A DNA stretch of 64,000 bases from an uncultured Phycisphaerales bacterium (GTDB taxonomy: Bacteria > Planctomycetota > Phycisphaerae > Sedimentisphaerales > Anaerobacaceae). The position numbers were made by a program, and so were the translations under genes. The stretch spans positions 704,001-768,000 of the forward strand of contig OY970359.1 in assembly GCA_963718665.1 (NCBI GenBank), written 5' to 3'. Positions 60,431 to 64,000 of this stretch are shown here, piece after piece (position 1 is the stretch's first letter; every line of letters starts with the position of its first letter). The notes under the pieces were generated by a model, which did no database searches, had not been told where the DNA came from, and worked only from the letters and a program-made list of their open reading frames with translations.

Positions 60431-60994
60431 TTATTTGCTGCGACGACGAAGGAACAGACCGCCAAGACCGAGCAGACACATTGTCATCGGCTCTGGTATC
60501 TGGGTAATAGTCATGGTGCTAGTAGTGTTAAATGTTGCGCCATCTGTCTCAATAAGTGACAATGTCTGAGTACCAGCCGCAATAGCTGTATACTTAATAT
60601 TGTCAAATATTTGCTGGCCAGCAGCCAACGAGGACAACTGGAACAGTGTTACGCCAAAAAGGGGTCCGTCCTCATTTGCAGGAAACATTCCCGTAGCACC
60701 AGCATTCGTTAAGATTCCCAGACCGGAATCAACGGGAACAACAGTACCAGCGCTAAAGTCAAACGTGCCGAGCGAGGTATCACCAATTAACACAGCGTAG
60801 AAGTTATCACCAGTACCGGGCCAACCTGCACCCGCTGTAATCATAGTACCTGCCTGGACACCCAAATCACTGATCACCCCGGTCGCAGTAATTGTGGCTG
60901 CCGTGGTCACAACATCACCAGAAGTAATTACCAGCCCTGCGTTGGCCATTGTGGCCATCGACAAAACTAATGCTAAAACTAACAACTTTTTCAT
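60431..60994 (-). CDS. PEP-CTERM protein (paralog of 59499-60077)
   Basis: MKKLLVLALVLSMATMANA; ITQIPEPMTMCLLGLGGLFLRRRSK. Confidence 0.93.
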   Translation of the reverse strand: MKKLLVLALVLSMATMANAGLVITSGDVVTTAATITATGVISDLGVQAGTMITAGAGWPGTGDNFYAVLIGDTSLGTFDFSAGTVVPVDSGLGILTNAGATGMFPANEDGPLFGVTLFQLSSLAAGQQIFDNIKYTAIAAGTQTLSLIETDGATFNTTSTMTITQIPEPMTMCLLGLGGLFLRRRSK

Positions 60995-61075
60995 CTTAAT
61001 CCTCCTTACGGATTCAATAAAGTTTTTAACATTCAAAGTTAAACACATAAATCATTTACTTTCAAAAACACTCTT

Positions 61076-62899
61076 TTAAGGCGTATTCGGGCAAATCGGG
61101 GCAGTAGCGCAAGTTACTCCGGCCGGACATGCTACACCAGTCGGATTGCAGAAATACCAGAAGTTCGGGTCTGATGCGCCTGTAACTCCGCAAACTGGGA
61201 CCAAGCTTGCCGCCTTGTTGAAATATGCTCTCAAGAGTGTCAAATCATTGGAGCCAACCCAATACAACGACAACTGTTTCTTGTGGTCGAACGCAGCGCA
61301 AATGCCGGTACCAGCAGGAACCGGGTTCTTGTTGAATGCGCCTCTCAAGATAGTCAACTCATTGGAACCGACCCAATACAACGACAACTGCTCCTTGCCG
61401 TCTGCATTACCATGGCACTGTCTCGGATAAGCCCAGCACTGCGGTTTGCCAAGGCTAACCCAGTTGGCATAGAAGCTATTCGTCGTAGCAGTCGGTTTAA
61501 TCGGATAGACGACAACGCTAAGAGTTACCGTCGTACCGCAACCTGGTGTTGCTCCTACAGCCGGGCTCGTATTAAATACATTACCTACCGTGTTAACTGT
61601 AGCAGTACCCCAGCTACAAACATCCGTTGAGCTGGCGCCGGCAACAAAACCGGCATTGGTAAGAGCTGTAACAGCATTGGCCCGTGTCATACCGACAACG
61701 TTCGGAACAGCCGGCACAGAGCCATACGAGTAGTTGACAGCATAGCCCTGAGCTTTGCAGCCGGTGTCCTGGCTGATAATAAGACCAGCCGGGCAAGTAG
61801 GAACGGGTGTTCCGGTGCCATTAGCAAACCCTTGACCTGTCCACGCCGATTGCGCGTTCGCTACTGTCTGGCCAACCTCGTTGGCGATGGTTTTGCCTGC
61901 CTCATACGTATAGTTGACAACGTAACCCTGAGCTTTGCAACCGGTGTCCTGGGTGAGAACTGCGTTGTAAGTGCCCGTGCACGATACTGAAGGCGTGCCG
62001 CTGACACCAAATCCTTGAGCTATCCACGCTGCTTCCGCGGTCGCCCTGTCTACACCGACCTCGCCGGTGATGCTTTTTCCTGCCTCATACGTATAGTTGA
62101 CTGTGTGAGGCGGACTAAAGCAGCCGGTGTCAAAGCCGGGGAGAACTATGCCGTAAGTGCCCGTGCAACCTACTACAGGTGCGCCATTCGGCGTAAAGCC
62201 GGCATTGGCAGCGATAATCGCCGCATCAGCCTGCGCCTTCGTCATCCCGGTGAGATCCGGGATATTGGTGCAGGATGACGGGAAACAAACATCAATCGTA
62301 AACGGCATATTTGTCGTCACCGAGTTTGTACATACGTCCACCACTCCGCCACGCATCGCGTCAGCAGCAACAGTCAAGTTTGCGTCACCACGGAATGCAT
62401 AGGCATTGACATCGATTCTGAACAAGGTGCCTGACAGGGGCGGTGCATTCATGTCGGTTCCGCCAACAATGTTCGGAGCTCCCAGATAACCCAACTCAGC
62501 TATAATTGAGCCATAGCCGATACCGGTGCCTAATGCGCCTGGATCGTTGTAGTATGGGGTCGGGTTGTAGTTGCTGTCGCTCCAGTTGTAATTCGTCGGG
62601 GAGACGTACTGACGGAATCTGCCTGGAAATATCCCGTAACCACTCGGCGTGTTTGGATAGTTGTTTTCGCCGATGTTGAAGTCGCGGATATTACCAAAGG
62701 TGCAGCCGCTGTCAACGTTTATATCGAGAGCAAATGCCCTGATACTTAAGCCGGTGCCAGTGTAGCCGATCCTGATAATCGCCGCTATATTGCCGTCAGG
62801 AGTAGCGTATGTCCCTTCCTGGACGGCTGTGATTGTAACGCTCGCCATTAACGGTGAAACCGCTAACAGCATCGCAACAATCAGTAAAGCTTTCCTCAT
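61076..62899 (-). CDS. Secreted protein: cohesin-like domain + 4 PASTA-like repeats + dockerin-like C-terminus
   Basis: Paralog of 57459-59018; IRAFALDINVD...GTLFRI; VPNVVGMTRANAVTALTNAGF; same duplicated C-terminal motif. Confidence 0.75.
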   Translation of the reverse strand: MRKALLIVAMLLAVSPLMASVTITAVQEGTYATPDGNIAAIIRIGYTGTGLSIRAFALDINVDSGCTFGNIRDFNIGENNYPNTPSGYGIFPGRFRQYVSPTNYNWSDSNYNPTPYYNDPGALGTGIGYGSIIAELGYLGAPNIVGGTDMNAPPLSGTLFRIDVNAYAFRGDANLTVAADAMRGGVVDVCTNSVTTNMPFTIDVCFPSSCTNIPDLTGMTKAQADAAIIAANAGFTPNGAPVVGCTGTYGIVLPGFDTGCFSPPHTVNYTYEAGKSITGEVGVDRATAEAAWIAQGFGVSGTPSVSCTGTYNAVLTQDTGCKAQGYVVNYTYEAGKTIANEVGQTVANAQSAWTGQGFANGTGTPVPTCPAGLIISQDTGCKAQGYAVNYSYGSVPAVPNVVGMTRANAVTALTNAGFVAGASSTDVCSWGTATVNTVGNVFNTSPAVGATPGCGTTVTLSVVVYPIKPTATTNSFYANWVSLGKPQCWAYPRQCHGNADGKEQLSLYWVGSNELTILRGAFNKNPVPAGTGICAAFDHKKQLSLYWVGSNDLTLLRAYFNKAASLVPVCGVTGASDPNFWYFCNPTGVACPAGVTCATAPICPNTP

Positions 62900-63181
62900 A
62901 AAAACCTTCCTTTCTTTCCTTCCCCGCGGAGCCACACGCCCCACGGTGTTTTGGTTTTCCCTGCTGAAAAATACTTTCGCAAAACTACGCTCGCTCATTA
63001 ATTTCAATCTGACAATCTACTTTATCTGAGCTTGGCTACTCGGCCGGCAGGACAGCCGAAAGAAAAAGAGAAAATAGAAACTACTTATTCACTCCTCCGT
63101 TGACTCCTTTCTGCCATAAAAGGCGTAATCGTGCGAATTCAACTACTATGCACAAGGTTACTATTAGTGAAAGTCAAGTGT

Positions 63182-63211
63182 ATATTAACATAGAAAACCG
63201 TGTTTAGTCAA
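63182..63211 (-). promoter_or_regulatory. Sigma70-type promoter for the surface-protein locus
   Basis: Minus strand TTGACT-18 bp-TAATAT with extended TG; a second CACTTGACT copy lies at 63172-63180. Confidence 0.5.
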
Positions 63212-63440
63212 GTGTTTTTTTCGTTAAAATGCAGATAAAATTCGATTAAGCGTCCGATAACGGCGCAACACCCCATAAAAACCCCTTTTACAATGCTAAC
63301 CTCTGTTTTGACAACAACTTAGGCAATTGGTAATATAGGGAAAACCGGCCATATAGGCATTTTTTTGATATGACTTTTCAGTACTGGCAGGTTGAATTTG
63401 GTAAATTTACACATTTTAGGGATTTACCGCCTGCCCCGCC

Positions 63441-63499
63441 ATCTGTCCTCTGTTCTCCGTCATCCGTCTTCTGTCATTCCTGCGGAAGCAGGAATCCAG
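63441..63499. repeat. Heptamer array plus GTCATTCC..GGAATCCAG palindromic element
   Basis: tctgtcc tctgttc tccgtca tccgtct tct + gtcattcctgcggaagcaggaatccag; a related inverted copy lies at 26057-26084. Confidence 0.7.
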
Positions 63500-63534
63500 T
63501 TTTACTTTTCTGATTTGTTTGTTATCCTTCTGCT

Positions 63535-64000
63535 ATGCTTGGTTTACTAAAAGGCCGACTGGTTCCTGTGAGAGTCATTCTCCTGATAGCGATGTTGTCG
63601 CTTGTCCTCATCGGCATTGCGACCATTTACGCAGTCGGGCATCCGGCACAGCCCGAAGTCGAAATAACAGATTCACCAGACCAGCCCGCACCTCAATCAA
63701 CGGAGCAATCAGGGGACCTCGCCGGCTTGTGGAAAAAACAGGTTGCTTTCGCGGGTCTGGGCATCGGGGCGTTAATCCTTGTCAATCTTGTTAATTGCCG
63801 GCGGCTCGGCGAGGCCGGCTACTGGATTTACGCGGGAGTACTGCTGCTGCTGGCAGTGCTGCTGATTTCAAGATACATTGTGGAACTGCCCTTTGCGCCG
63901 GAAACCAAAGGCGCGTTCCGGTGGATAAGAATATCAATAGCGGGATTCGAACTGCCGAGCATCCAGCCCTCAGAATTGTGCAAACCAGCGTATATCATCG
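63535..64000 (+). CDS. Partial SEDS family protein (RodA/FtsW)
   Basis: My translation: MLGLLKGRLVPVRVILLIAMLSLVLIGIATIYAV...WKKQ...KGAFRWI...SIQPSELCK; runs off the window end. Confidence 0.88.
   Translation, partial: MLGLLKGRLVPVRVILLIAMLSLVLIGIATIYAVGHPAQPEVEITDSPDQPAPQSTEQSGDLAGLWKKQVAFAGLGIGALILVNLVNCRRLGEAGYWIYAGVLLLLAVLLISRYIVELPFAPETKGAFRWIRISIAGFELPSIQPSELCKPAYII

Noticed and set aside
57595..61438. Diversity-generating retroelement TR/VR pair
   Set aside because: No reverse transcriptase is in the window, both copies lie within intact genes, and the few mismatches are C/T or C/G on the coding strand rather than adenine-specific.
1..64000. tRNA/rRNA genes, IS transposases, alternative genetic code
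   Set aside because: None was recognised by eye and conserved genes translate intact in the standard code. tRNAscan/Infernal would be needed to exclude them formally.

Overview
A 64-kb bacterial chromosomal segment in the standard genetic code, most consistent with a Planctomycetota/Phycisphaerae-like organism. This lineage call is an inference from the PEP-CTERM proteins, the ECF/anti-sigma module, the HTH-receiver regulator and the dockerin-like secreted proteins. Most of the window is housekeeping: pgpA, dGTPase, HIT, ilvD, guaB-guaA, ppnP, eda, groES-like, miaB, a P-type ATPase, pfkA, rpmE-prfA, pabB/pabC-like, Nif3, scpB and a partial rodA/ftsW. The accessory content is as follows. (1) A surface-protein locus (56-63 kb) holds two paralogous secreted proteins built as cohesin-like domain + Cys-rich PASTA-like repeats + dockerin-like duplicated motif. 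Their 3' ends are almost identical in DNA, and two small PEP-CTERM proteins lie between them; this is the best candidate for an undescribed system (a self-assembling surface scaffold). (2) A stand-alone HNH-AP2 endonuclease follows guaA, with a consensus promoter and a structured leader with AGGA loops. (3) An AT-rich DUF2971-like gene is followed by about 500 bp of dense hairpins. (4) A tiny LuxR-HTH gene is bracketed by two 32-bp palindromes. (5) A ~1280-aa coiled-coil protein has Zn-finger-like ends and a structured leader. (6) Several families of short palindromic, 7-mer and 9-mer repeats occur, some nested and some inserted in frame into genes. Two genes carry frameshifts. No rRNA, tRNA, CRISPR array, integrase or transposase was recognised. 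All family assignments are by eye from motifs; no searches were run.
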